From assembly GCA_032718475.1 (NCBI GenBank), contig JAUCBJ010006880.1, positions 50,218-114,217 of the forward strand: a stretch of 64,000 bases of DNA, written 5' to 3'. Numbering within the stretch: position 1 is the stretch's first letter; every line of letters starts with the position of its first letter. Source of the DNA: Nemertoderma westbladi. Taxonomy: Eukaryota > Animalia > Xenacoelomorpha. Under the pieces are notes generated by a model. It worked only from the letters and a program-made list of their open reading frames with translations. It was not told the origin of the DNA and did not search any database. Shown one piece after another: positions 48,325 through 60,683 of this stretch. The position numbers and the translations under genes are program-made.

Positions 48325-51300
48325 TCACCAATGTCTGCAGCAGGATCCTCTCGTAGAGTCACCACTGTCATTGCCTTCATGAAGGCACAGCCTCTGGATA
48401 GGGCGTTGGTAGTGGCCCTTTGCCGTTCGTATCGTCACAGTCCTCGCAAGTCCGTCTTTACTCGGATGTATTGTCACAACTCGCGCCACAGGCCAGTGGA
48501 CGCGGTCTTTAAGGTCTTCTTTTACTAGTACCATGTCGCCAACTTCGACATTCCTGTAGGTGTTGTTCCACTTCCTCCTGGTCCGGAGGGTTATGAGGTA
48601 CTCCTGGGCCCAGATTCTCCACCAATGCGCTGCCAACGCTTGGGCCTTCTTCCAGTTTGTATATCTCGCAATATCGTTGGGATCCGGAAACATTGTCTCC
48701 GGGAGAACATGAGTTTTAGGTCTCCCCAGTAGGTGATTAGGAGTAAGGGGCTCCAGGTCTGTGGGGTCGTCGCGGATAGGGACAATGGGTCGGTTGTTCA
48801 GGGTATCCGTGATCTCGCAGAATGTTGTGCGGAGGGTGTCATGGGTTACCCGGGTGTCTCCTAGAGCGACGCGCATGGATCATTTCACTAGGTCGATCAG
48901 TTTCTCCCATACCCCGCTCGTATGGGGTGCTAGGGGGGTCTGGAAGTGCCACTGTATCTGGTGTTCCTTCCAGACTTGGGATGCGGTGTTATCGGTAAAC
49001 CATCCCTCGATCGCCTCTCTAAGTTCTCTTTCTCCTCCCACAAAGTTTGTGCCGTTATCGGAATACATGTGACGACATGTCCCATTGCTTGCCACGAACC
49101 GACGCAGAGCGTTGATGAATGCGTGTTGCGTAAGGTTCACCACAATGTCTAGGTAGATTGCCCTAGACCTAAGGCATGTAAATATGGCCCCCCAGCATTT
49201 GATGTTGGATCGTCGTTCGATGACCGTAAACGGACCGAAACAGTCCACTCCGGTGACGTAGAATGGTGGGGAATCGGGCTGTAGACGGGTGGCTGGTAAG
49301 TCGGCCATCCTTTGTGTGAGTGGTGGCGCTAGATATCTTCTGCAGACAAAGCAACGTTTCAACACTTTCCGGATCAGTGGCTGGATGTGTGTGATCCAAT
49401 ATCTTTGTCTTATATTAGCTATAATCCAGTTTTGTCCTGCGTGATGGTTCTCCTCGTGACATTGTTGAATTAATAGCTTGGCTAGTGTTGAAGTTCCGGG
49501 CAGAAGCGCCGGGTATTTAACCTCATATTCGACCGGGGCGTTTGCCATCCGGGTATTCAGTCGGATCAGTCCGTCCTCTCCCATCATTGGTCTCAGTTGG
49601 TAGACTGGGCTATCCGGTTTCAAGGTCTTGCCCGCACTGAGTTGTTCCCACTCATCGGGGAAACTTTCTCTCTGGACATATCCAACGATACACTTCTCCG
49701 AGATAATGAGTTCTTGTATACTCCGTTGAACTATCGGCTTGTTGTTTTTCCACTGTAGGAAGTTGCGAAGGGTTATAATGTGGTGGATGAGCCGTCTCAT
49801 TGATGAGGTTCGCTCGATCAACAGATGTAAAGACGCCGCTGGTTGCATGATCGTAGCAACATTATAGTACCTGCCCGAGTCCTTTGCAGGCTCAGTCAGA
49901 CAGCTATAAATTTCCACTGCGTTGCTTCTATGGACTTTACGGATCTCTTTATCGTCCACGGAGTATTTTCCGCTATCGAGTTCGGGGTCGAATCGGGTAC
50001 TCCATGTTAATTGTGGCTGCTGTAGGAATTCCGGGCCTGTAAGCCAGAGTTTACTTTTACCGAGTTGTTTTGGGGTGGCGCCTCGGCTTGATAAGTCCGC
50101 TGGATTTTCTTTCCCGTTCACATGGTGCCACTGTTCTCGGCCGGTACACTGTTTAATCTCCGTGGCTCGGTTCGCAACAAACGTAGTGTGACGCCGTGAT
50201 GGAGAGTGGAGATAATAGAGAACTATACTCGAATCTACCCAGAAGTGTTGAGACTCGATGGGGATTCGTAGGTTCCGCATGACCATGCGATTCTGTCTTA
50301 CTGCCCAAACTGCAGCCTGTAGCTCGAGTCTTGGAATCGTTGCTACGAATTCCCCGGATACTGTCTTGGCTTTAGAAAATAAGAAGCTCGTATCGCCGTT
50401 TCCATCGTTGCTGAGTCTTCGTAAGAAGGTGACTACGCCAATTCCGGTATTCGAAGCATCCGAGAAGGTATGGAGCTGGAAGATTTCGGTGGGTAGTTTA
50501 TCGAGGAAGAACGGTCGAGGTATCCGCATAAGATGAAGGTGTTCGAGCTGCTCCGTCCATTTTCTCCATTTGACGCTGAGGTGTGGGGGGAGTTCTTCGT
50601 CCCATCCCAGTCCTTCTATCCACATTTCCTTAATCATGTTCATTCCGGCCAAGGTTACTGGAGATATGAAATTTAGTGGGTCGAAGATGGCGCTTTTTAT
50701 CGACAAACATCCCCTTTTTGTCATAGGCTTGGGTAGGGGTTTATATTTGAAAATGAATTCGTCTGATTCTATGTCCCATTCAATCCCGAGTACACGGTGT
50801 TCCACATCCTCCGAATACATTTTGTTGTTTTCCAGTCGGATGTCCTCCGGAAACTTTTCCATAAGTGTTTTGTCGTGGGATCTGAACTTCACAAGCGGAA
50901 AACCTCCTTTCTTTAGACATTCTACCATCCCCATTGCTAGCCGATATGCCGCGTCCACATTATATGCGCCGGCGCATCCATCGTCCACGTAAAAGCATCG
51001 TCGGATGGTTTCTATGACGGTTGGAGGGAACTCGTTTTCGCACATAGTTGCCGTCCTCTTCAGCATGTCACTGCATGCTACCGGCGAGTCCTTAGCGCCG
51101 AAGATCCTGACGACCATACGCATTATGTCTACATCCTTTATCGTGAGTTGACTAATCTCCTGTTGAGTTAGTGTTTTATCCGTCCATAGGATGCGTAGAC
51201 AGTCTGAGTCTCTTGGTAGCGTACGAACTTGATGAAACATGGCCTTGATGTCGCAGGTGAATGCTACCCGGTTTTCCCTGAACCTGATCAATACACCGAT

Positions 51301-54300
51301 GAGTGTACTATATATGTTGGGTCCCGTGTAAAGCTGACTGTTTAGGGATTCGCCCTGGTACATAGCGGCGGCATCATTTACCACTCGGATTTTCCCACCC
51401 TTCTGGGCTTCTACCACATAGTGGGTTGGGAGATAATATGTTCTTTTACCACCTTGCAGTTCATTCCGTGGTACCATTTCTGCTAATCCATCGTCGAGAT
51501 ATCCTTGGATTACGGTATTATATTTCTCCTTTATCTCGGGTTGGTCATTCAGCCGGCGTAGAATCCCCTTAAGTCGCCTAAGTGCCATGCTGGCGTTGTT
51601 TGCCATTGGTTTGTTTGGGTCCTTCCATAACATAGGTGAACACCAGTGTCCGTCTTTGAACGTGGCCTGGTCGAGAACGTCCATACAATATTGATCCTCT
51701 TCGGACGGGTTTTCATCCTTTTCAGCGAACTCCTGGGTCTCTAGATTAAAATATTTCGTCATCTCTTGTTGGGTTTTCTCGGTCTCCAGAAACAAATCCT
51801 CGTCAAGGTCCGTAGCTGAGCAATAACCCACGGAGGTTACATTCTCTTTAATCTGACATTTGGGAAGGTAGGTATAGGTGTCAGTAGTTTCTTCCTTAAT
51901 GCCACAGAGTGTCCATCCCATTATTGTTCGTTCAGCATAAAATCCGTCATCCTGTTTTATAGATCGGGCGATATCTCCGGTGGGGATGTGTAGTTCCGGT
52001 GTATCAAGTCCGATCAGTAGGGTGATGCGGTTTACGTCCAACTGCGGACACCTCAGATCTACATCGTCTCGGTCCAATTGTATGAGGGGGGCGTACTCGG
52101 CCGATTGTCGGAACCGCACTTGGAGGTCTGTGTGTACCAAGGCGTTCTTGATGGTTAACTTAACCGTTTCGTAGCCCTTCATCACTCCTTCCATCTGGAG
52201 TTGCACCTCCCCGGACTCTACCTCTCTGTTATCGGTGATGGTTTGTATGGGCCGTTTACAAGGTTCATATTCTAGGCCGAGTTGCTCGAGGAAATCCCGG
52301 TCGATGATGGTTCCGTCAGACCCGTTATCAAGGAACGCGAGCGTCATCAGGGATTTGCCGACTCCTTGAATCCTTACTGGGATTACCTTTGCGAAGACCA
52401 TGTAGCGGTGATTTATAAGATTAATCGTGGCTGAAATATTTGTTACTTGTGGTGTATCGGTGGAGATTTTAAACGGGTTGGTTTCTCTCCGTTGGGTTGT
52501 CCGGGTTCCTTTGAAAACGTGGTTCGTTTCTCCTCTTCGCTTGGCTTCGATCCGAAAGGGGAGGGTAGTGAAATCGAAGTTCGCGGGGATGTGGAGGAGC
52601 GTGTGATGACGTTGGTCGTTACAGACGGCACAGCACGATCTTTGGTCGCAATCCCGAACATAGTGACCTGTTCCAAGACACCGGAAGCATCCTCGGTGTT
52701 TCATTATCGCCTCGAAGCGTGGGACGAGTTCGGCGAACTGAAACTTCCTGCAGAATTCCACTTTATGTTTCTCTCCACAGAAGAGACAGAGGAGGGAGTT
52801 TGTGATGCCTTCCCTCTCGGTTGCCCAATTCGCAAGGTAACACGCCCATTCCTCGGCGGATGTCGGTTCCTCGTAGTCTTCGTCGTCGGAATCCTCGGCC
52901 ATGGTGATGGCCATCGTACTCACCGGTGGGGGGCGGAATTTCGGTTTCTGAGGGGGTATCTTACTCCTGGAGTTGCTCTCTATTCCGTCCAACTTGGCGA
53001 GACTCTGTTTTGAAAACATCGAGTCATTCATGGCTTCGGAGATATCGTCCAGGAATGCCGACATTTCAAGGAAGCTAGGATCTCGATCTGGATGTCTGCG
53101 CCGGAGATCTATGCATTTATAAGCCCATTTACTTTGTAGCCATCCGGGGAACTTCCGGGCGATCTGTCGGAGGTTTAGAATGTTGTTCACCTGGTCCTCC
53201 TTATTCAAGGGTTTCAGAGTATAGTAGGCATCCTTCATAGAGTCGGAGAATTCCTGGATATTCTGTGGGTCCCCTAGTGATCCCGCGTCCTGTATCAGTC
53301 TCTCTAGAGTTTTATTAATTATAGTTCCGGTATTTCCGTATCTTTTATCTAGAGTTTTCCATGCGTCATAGTATGCCTCATGAGAACCTCCCTCGAAACA
53401 TGCAATAATTCGGCGTGGTTTGTCACCCAGGTATTGCGATAAATATACCAATTTCTGTGCGTCGGCTATGTCTGTTGATCCAATCTGCGCAAAGAACCAT
53501 TTCTTGAATCTGAGGTAATCGACGGGATCTCCTTCGAAGGTGCGGATCTCCATCTTAGGCATGGCAAGGCGGTTTTCCAACGCCCGGATAATACCGACTT
53601 CGTCTGAACTGGAGTGACTCGGAGGGTTATAGTTATTGGCACTCACTCCCATACTCGATGGATCAATGATAGATGGAGTTTTAATGATGATGCGACTACG
53701 GGTTTGTGGTGTGGATGTAAATGGGTTGTTGGATCGGGGAGTGGCGTCCCGTTCCGAGTCCCTTTCAGGCTCGTACTTGGGTACACTCGTTGTCGTGGGG
53801 TTGGATGGGAAACACGGTTCCTCATTTTTCAGCGTAACCGGTGGGGGATGGAACACCGGTGCTTGTGCCGATAACGTAGACTGTATGATAGGCGGGATCT
53901 CGGGTTTCGGAAGTTTTGCCGCTGTTGGTGTAAATGACTTCTCTAACTCCGGTACCGGGATTGGTTCATATTCCTGATCTATTTCCCTTTCCCAGTCCTC
54001 GTATAGTTGGATATCTCGTTCTATAAGTGCGGCTTCATATTCCGCGAGTTTCGCAATATCCGCATTCTTTTTGTGGATGAGAATCGCTTGGGCCTCGGCG
54101 TGTTGTTTACGCATTTCTGCTTCCCATTTACGTTGTTCGATCTCTTGTTTGGCCTCTCGTTCACGTTGTTCAGCCTCCCTTTTGGCCTCTCGTTCACGTT
54201 GTTCAGCCTCCTTTTTGGCCTCTCGTTCATGTTGTTCAGCCTCCTTTTTGGCCTCTCGTTCACGTTGTTCAGCCTCCTGTCTATGTTGTTCGGCCCGCCG

Positions 54301-54966
54301 TTCGACCTCTTGTTCGGCCTCCCGCTTTTGCATTTCGGCGGCTAATATGTCTTGCTCGGTTTGCAGTTGAACGTACTCATCTTCCATCCGAGCTTTGAGG
54401 GCTAATGCCTTCTGTTCTCGTAGCTGATCTCGGAGTGGCGGCCCCCCTTGAGAACTGCGCGCTGAGCCGGATATCTCGCTCCTAGCGCTGGAGCGCTGGT
54501 GTCTTGAGGATCCCGTTTTCTTTCGATGAATTGTGGTCCTGGTATTGGAGGTTCGCACCGATTCTGCGTCTGTTCTTTCAGCTCTCTTGTAGTACTGTTC
54601 TTCGTAGCCTCTCACGAGGCTAAGGGTCCTCCGTTGTTGTTTGCGGAATTCGTCTAGGCGTGCAACGTGTTCTTCCAATTTGGGATAATTTACCTGGTCG
54701 GTGGTGGGGATGAGTTCTTGGTACGCCTGTATCATTCTCTCATATCTTTGTAAGATACTTCGGATACTCTGAAGCTGAGTTTGTATCTCGTTGAGGGGGG
54801 TTTCGACTCCCTTGAGTTGTTTCTCTATACGTTGGTACGCTCGAGTGACTCCGCCTTTGAGAGCACCTAGTCGACGAGCCATGTTCTTGATGTTCGGTAC
54901 CTCGTCGGTTTCCGAGTCTGTGTGGTGATCCATCTCATCGGTATCGGATACGTTATTTGTCGTCAT
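48325..54966 (-). pseudogene. Bel/Pao B gag-pol with integrase; in-frame TGA at 48880-48882
   Basis: Three Zn knuckles, LDNGS, FYVDDG, FSDAS, HHCC, GVDCFGP, SDNGTNF, GVWE, then LVK*SMRV continuing to PLTPNHLL..WAQEYL. Confidence 0.93.
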
Positions 54967-55154
54967 TGTAGCGCCTCGTCGATAGCTAGATAGGCGATGT
55001 CGTAAAACAGTTCCTCGTAGGTATTGTACTCAGCTTGGACCACCCGAACGGTAATCCTGAATCGTCCGACGTTCGTTCCTTGTACTTCAACCTCGACATG
55101 CCAGATTCCTGGCTCAACTTGGATTATATCAATGGGTGTGATCGATACTTCCAT
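54963..55154 (-). CDS. 63-aa upstream ORF overlapping the gag start (ATGA)
   Basis: Its TGA (54965-54963) overlaps the gag ATG (54966-54964). Composition looks protein-like; function unknown. Confidence 0.4.
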   Translation of the reverse strand: MEVSITPIDIIQVEPGIWHVEVEVQGTNVGRFRITVRVVQAEYNTYEELFYDIAYLAIDEALQ

Positions 55155-55401
55155 TCCCTGTTAACAACTCTCCAAATATGTGATCTGCCGACTACGAGTT
55201 GGTTAGATCGAGTTTGTTGATTAATTAAACCACGACTTAGTCTTAACTCAAATACCAGAGTTTCCTCGTAGTGGGTGCTGGCAAGCACATAGAGAGTTTT
55301 GAAGAGTATTGTAGGATTCTCAACTTCCACCAGTTGAAGTTGGCCGCGTTTTATTCTCAATTTTGACACCCTGTCAAAATTGACCGAATTATTCTCAATT
55401 T

Positions 55402-56698
55402 TGTTGCCGTTATCCCGACACCAGGGGGGAAAAACGCCGATGCTGGAGGCGGGGCTTTACAGACCACGGAGTCCCGGCCAGTCACCGGATATTGATTGTG
55501 GAGAAGGGGGAATTTCTTAGATGCAGGATTGCGGTTAAGGAAAAGTTGCATTGGTTGGATATACTCTTTAATGTAACTTCCTATAGTTGAACCCTGTTCA
55601 ACATCATTGAACCCTGATTGAGAATAATTTTGGGCTTCCCCAAATCAATATACACCAAATATTCACAATAATTATACACGACAATATAAATCCCTACAGT
55701 ATATTATTTAATTACCCACTGTTCGCTCAGATTTTAGCCTAACTAATGTTCCCCAGATTTTCCCTCGGTCCAAGTCGTGATACCGTAGTGTCGGTGTCGG
55801 TCGACCCTGTAGCGTGTCCGTTCCACCCCTCCCAAACCCCGAAGGCATCGATCATCGAGAACCAGCACGGCTTGGCTAAGGGTCGGTCCAGTCGGTAGAC
55901 TCTGTCGCGTATCCGTACCACCCCTCTCGAACCCCGAAGGGATCGGTCATCGAGAACCAGTACGGCTTGGCTAGGAGTCTGTCGTGTCGGTGGACCCGTT
56001 CGCGTGTCCGTCCCACCCCTCACGAACCCCGAAGGGGACGATCATTGAGAACCTACGGCTTGGCTAGGGGTCCGTCGGTTCATCGCAGAAACCCAACCAC
56101 CTAGGCTTTCCGAGTCCCTTTCAGGCTCGTAGTCGCTTCGGTAGCCGAGAAACTGCTCCGAACAGTCAGTAGGCCGGTAGAGTCCAGTCCTTTGTCTTTC
56201 GACCCCGTCGCGTGTCCGTCCCACCCCTCACGAACCCCGAAGGGAACGATCATCTAGAACCAGTACAGCTTGGCTAAGGGGTCTGTCGTGTCGTTTCCCG
56301 TCGCAAGTCCCTGACACAAGCAGCTGGCGTTCCGATGTCCTTTTCAGGCTCGTAATAACTGCTGTTGGCCAGGGACTGCTAAGGGCAGTCCTTGTCCTTT
56401 AGGCCTGGCGCGTTACCAAATCCACCTCTACAGGCAGCAGGAAGTTGGCCAGGGCCTAATAGTAATCAGGCTAACCTGAATACTGCTTGAATTTTCCATC
56501 CCCCCTTGGCCCTTATAAACATGAAATTAGTCCCGTACCCTGTAAGTCGCCCCAAAGTTCGCCCATAAATCGCCCCCAGTTTATAGAATGTGCCCAAAAC
56601 CCATGGTCCCGCACCCAGTAGAAATATTGGAATAATCATTTTAAATCAATACAAAAAATATTCAACTCGCGTTATGAAAAGTTGAAATACCGCGAACA
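55402..56698 (-). repeat. 5' LTR of Bel/Pao B (1297 bp)
   Basis: Matches 37547-37961 plus 43185-44293, with substitutions and fewer repeat units. Confidence 0.93.
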
Positions 56699-56703
56699 CG
56701 GAA

Positions 56704-57430
56704 TGACGTAAACCACTCAGCAACCACTAACCACCACCAGATCTTAGGCTATGAGTGGAAAAGCTCAACCATATTCCACCATGCGACATCGCTCGGATTA
56801 CCCGTGACTATTACCCACCCCCCACCAGATCCCCCAGTTTTCCGCCGACCCCGCTACCTGCCACCGAGGTCTGAGAACGCAGTAATTGAGCAGTTTGTTT
56901 ATCGAGGACCTTCATCTCACAGTTATAAACTCTAACCTAAACCGTATCAACTCTAAATTCAAACCGAACCTACCGAAACGCCAACGGCTAGTTCTGACTA
57001 ACCGTAGGAAGGCTAAGGATATAGCTTTTTTCCAGGAGGACAAGAGCGGTAATATCATTGTTTGTGGACCAGACAGATAAACATGCCTCCATCCAGCGCA
57101 TATTGGGAGATAAAAAGTATACCAGAAACTTGAGAAGGACCCCTCCGCTCGGTTCCGAACTGAACTCCGTAAGGTTATCACGCAACTTGACCTCGGTAGC
57201 AGTGATCTAAAAGTACACCTCTTTCCTCCAACTTATGACGTCGGATACCCATTCATCACCCTCAAGGATCACAAACCCCGGGAGGAATGGCTGCCATCTC
57301 TCAATGGTGGGCTGATACCAATAGCGCGCCCCATTATCTCGAACACCAACGCATTCTTCCGCCACTGGGTAAGTTACTCAACCGATATCTACAACCTCTA
57401 GTACAAAGGTCATTGAACTACCTAGAGAGT
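56704..57430 (+). mobile_element. Degraded Penelope-like RT fragment next to the Bel/Pao B insertion
   Basis: Frameshifted pieces NLPKRQRLVL...QEDKSGNIIV, YQKLEKDP and ITLKDHKP resemble Penelope DKG and KxHK motifs. Confidence 0.6.
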
Positions 57431-59439
57431 TCAATGCAGTTTACCCGAGTTCACCCGAAACGCTGCGGTTCCTTTGGTGTGACGTTCATTGCGCTGGAGC
57501 AATAGGCTGCCACTGGAGAGCCAAAGGCTTGACAGAGTCTTATGAGGAATAAATAATGCAGCCTTTTTAACGGAACTTAGCAAACCAACATAAACACCAA
57601 AGTAAAACCTCATAAGATAGCATTATGGTGTACCCCCTCGTTAGTAGGCACTTTGCTTTGATCTTTTTTAGGTCGATTTTTAAAGGATTTTTCCAGGAGA
57701 ACGGCGAAAGCTAGAACGATTCTGTTTGCGCGATCTTATAGATGGCCCGAGCGTGCACAGCAGAGAGATATTTGGCAAAAATCTGTTAATTAATTAATTA
57801 GTAATTAGCGATTAAAGATTTCTAATTGATTTTTCTCGAAAATTATTTGGTTTTTCCCCTAGCAACGGTGTTTTTTTTTGTTCATCTCGGTAAGATCTAA
57901 AAAAAGTTCAGTCATCGCTATGGCCCTCCTATTACTGTTAATTAGTACTAATTAGCCGAAAACTAATTAGCGTCGTAACTCGAAAACACTAAGAGCTATG
58001 AAAAAACGTAACATCACAAAGTTGTTCGGAATTTTATTCTACACGAAAAAGTCTCTGGCGCCGATGCCGTATCTCCTACCGTTAATTAGTAATTAACTAA
58101 TTACTTAATTACCTAATTGGCGGGGGGGCTTTGCCCCCCCGTCCCCCAAATCCTTATTCACAAGGTGTATCAAAGCGGTTTACTATTTTACAAATGATAA
58201 TTATTCTAAAATCTTTTGAATCGAACTAATTAACGATTTTACTAATTAGTAAAGTTCCCCAAATTAATTAATAATTTATCCAATCCGGCTGCAATTATTA
58301 ATACAGCTGATTCATCAGCCCGGTTTGATGAACTTGATGAAATCATATAGTCAATAGTTGCTGTATGCCATTACTGACTAAAACTATATACCAAACACCT
58401 CTTGCCGGTAGCTACCTCCACAGTCTGTAGTGAACGCCGGTGCAGGTATGGTAGGCCTACATGTACTGATGTAGGGCATATATAGTGGAGGTTCTTTTGG
58501 CAGATAGGCCTAGTCAAAACGTTACATCAGATGCCGTATTTTAGTCAAAACGTACCCTATCTTCATATAGTTGAGTATTGTGAATACATGAATATCCAAG
58601 TACTCCTGTACTTAGTATACCCATCTGCTCATGTACAGTAACTGGCTGACAGTTACCCTTAGTTTGTAGGCTATAGATGATTGACATTTCTAGCAATGTT
58701 CTTAACGTAGGCATTTTACTGGAAGTTATTAATACCATAGTTTACCTCAAAAAAACTAAAATTACCCAAATCGCACCAAATCAAAATAAATCTTATAACA
58801 GCAACACGGGCTATCTGACGATATGGATTAGATCAATGTAGCGGATATTGACCATTGAAGGGCTTCTTATGCATGCAAAGGAAAATATGATCAGACCCGA
58901 ATCACACAGTCAGACCGGATCTTTTGCTGATCAAATACCGGTAGGTGACTTTGCTGATATGCAGTAACATTTTACGGTACAATTTGATGCGAAAATGTTT
59001 TGGCCAGTACTCTGAACCTTCCATTGTGGTCTCAGGTCACGCGCGTACCGTGGTCACTGTATCTGGCACCTGATTGGCTCAAATATTCAAACGCTGAAAA
59101 CTTACCTAGGCCTTGACAATTAGTGATAAGATTTTATGCGAATATGTTTTGGATGGTGTCCTGAATCTCGCGTTGAGGTCCCAAGTCACCCCCATACTGT
59201 GGTCATTAGATACGGCGCCTGATTGTCTAATGCTTTGAACGACGATAACTCGAGTTTGCTTCACTTTGGGATGAAGTTTGAAAGCTAAGAATATTCTCTG
59301 GAGTATGCCCTAACTCACTGACGATGTTTTATAGCTGTTGGATTGTCGGGTTTTGCTACGTGGTCTATGATTGGTTAATTTTTTGAAAGGCTATATCTCA
59401 AGAAGTATTCACTTTGGAATGATGAAGTTTATTTTTAAA

Positions 59440-60683
59440 TGTGGGGCGAGACACGAATGGCGAGCCATCAGCGAACTGATATAATTATACTATGGCCGTT
59501 TTTCAAAAGTCTGTGTGTGTGTGTGTGACATGTGTGTGTGTCGGTAGCCATAAATGTCGGAAGCCATAATCTAAATTAATATATTCAGCTAAAGAGCACC
59601 AATCTGAGCGAATGATACAGCGGTTAGCCAGGTAGCTAGCTACTTGCAGACCAATCATAGGTGGCCTGCAGCAGGCTGGGTTGGTTAAGTAGTAATCTCA
59701 ATAAATAGGACCCAGCAGGAGAGCGAAGTGGATCTACTGTGATTGGTTCTTGACTTACATTGGTAAGAACCAGCAGTAAATCTTAGATTAACTTTTTTCA
59801 GTTCACATATTGTTTATAATCATAAACACAAAATGATTCAATTATTCAATTTTGCAATGTACCGGATGGGTGCTAGCGAGGTAGGCCTAGCAGGTCGTCA
59901 GTCCGTCATCCTACAAGTTGGATCTTGACTCTATCATGTGCGTTCATCTATATGATGCAGACCATCCTGAGCCCGTGAACATGAATTGTAAAGGCTATCT
60001 CGAGGCTGATTATTTTACACATTTACTTGATACTTGCATGAATGCGTCTTTGAGGTAAAATTGCATTATTCTGCAGTTGTTTTGTTATCTGAGAAATTAC
60101 TGATCAGCAAGCAGGAAATTATAACAGCATCATCGTAACCACTCTGCTGACACTTTGCAGAATAAATTCTACCAGACCATAGCTGCGTGTTGGGAGGACG
60201 CCGACCAGTTTGCGGTTCTTCAGTCTGCCACTAGGAGGCGAAATGTCTGAAAGTGAAAATCTTATCCTATTTTGTTATTAATAATGATTTTTAGCTGATA
60301 CTTAGGTCCTTTACACAATATGTTTATAATGTTTTTTTTGCTGATACCAAGCAGAGTATACTACACCGTAAGGGTGTGTATTTGGGCTTGGGGAGACGTG
60401 TTATATATAAATATGCATTGTCTGTCTGTGAGTCTATGAGTCTGTGAGTCTGTCCAAGCTATACACTCCGACACACGAGCACCAATCTGAGCAAATGATC
60501 GAAAGCTCTCTTCCCGAGCACATAAACTATCGCTATCTCGAGGCTAATTTTACTTGTTTGTTTGCGTGAATGCGTATTTTGTGTGGGGCGAGACAAGAAT
60601 GGCGAGCCATCAGCGAACTGATATACTGTAATTATACTATGGCCGTTTTTCAAAAGTCTCTGTGTGTGTATGTGTGTGTGTGA
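59440..60683 (+). repeat. Dispersed repeat ends with microsatellites (Helentron/DINE-like fragments)
   Basis: TGTGGGGCGAGAC..GAATGGCGAGCCATCAGCGAACTGATA...(TG)n at 59440 and 60582. A related inverted motif is at about 7010-7030. Hairpin plus GTCT repeats at 60343-60458. Confidence 0.45.

Larger units (their letters stand above)
37547..56698 (-). mobile_element. Bel/Pao LTR retrotransposon B with long repeat-rich LTRs and an extra ORF
   Basis: TSD CGGAA (37542-37546, 56699-56703); 5' LTR 55402-56698; 3' LTR 37547-44293 interrupted by a Gypsy; G-run PPT at about 44296-44304. Confidence 0.95.

Noticed and set aside
54007-54370. Antisense ORFs with 11-aa repeats
   Set aside because: Shadows of the 33-bp coiled-coil repeat (EAEQREREAKK) in Bel/Pao B gag.
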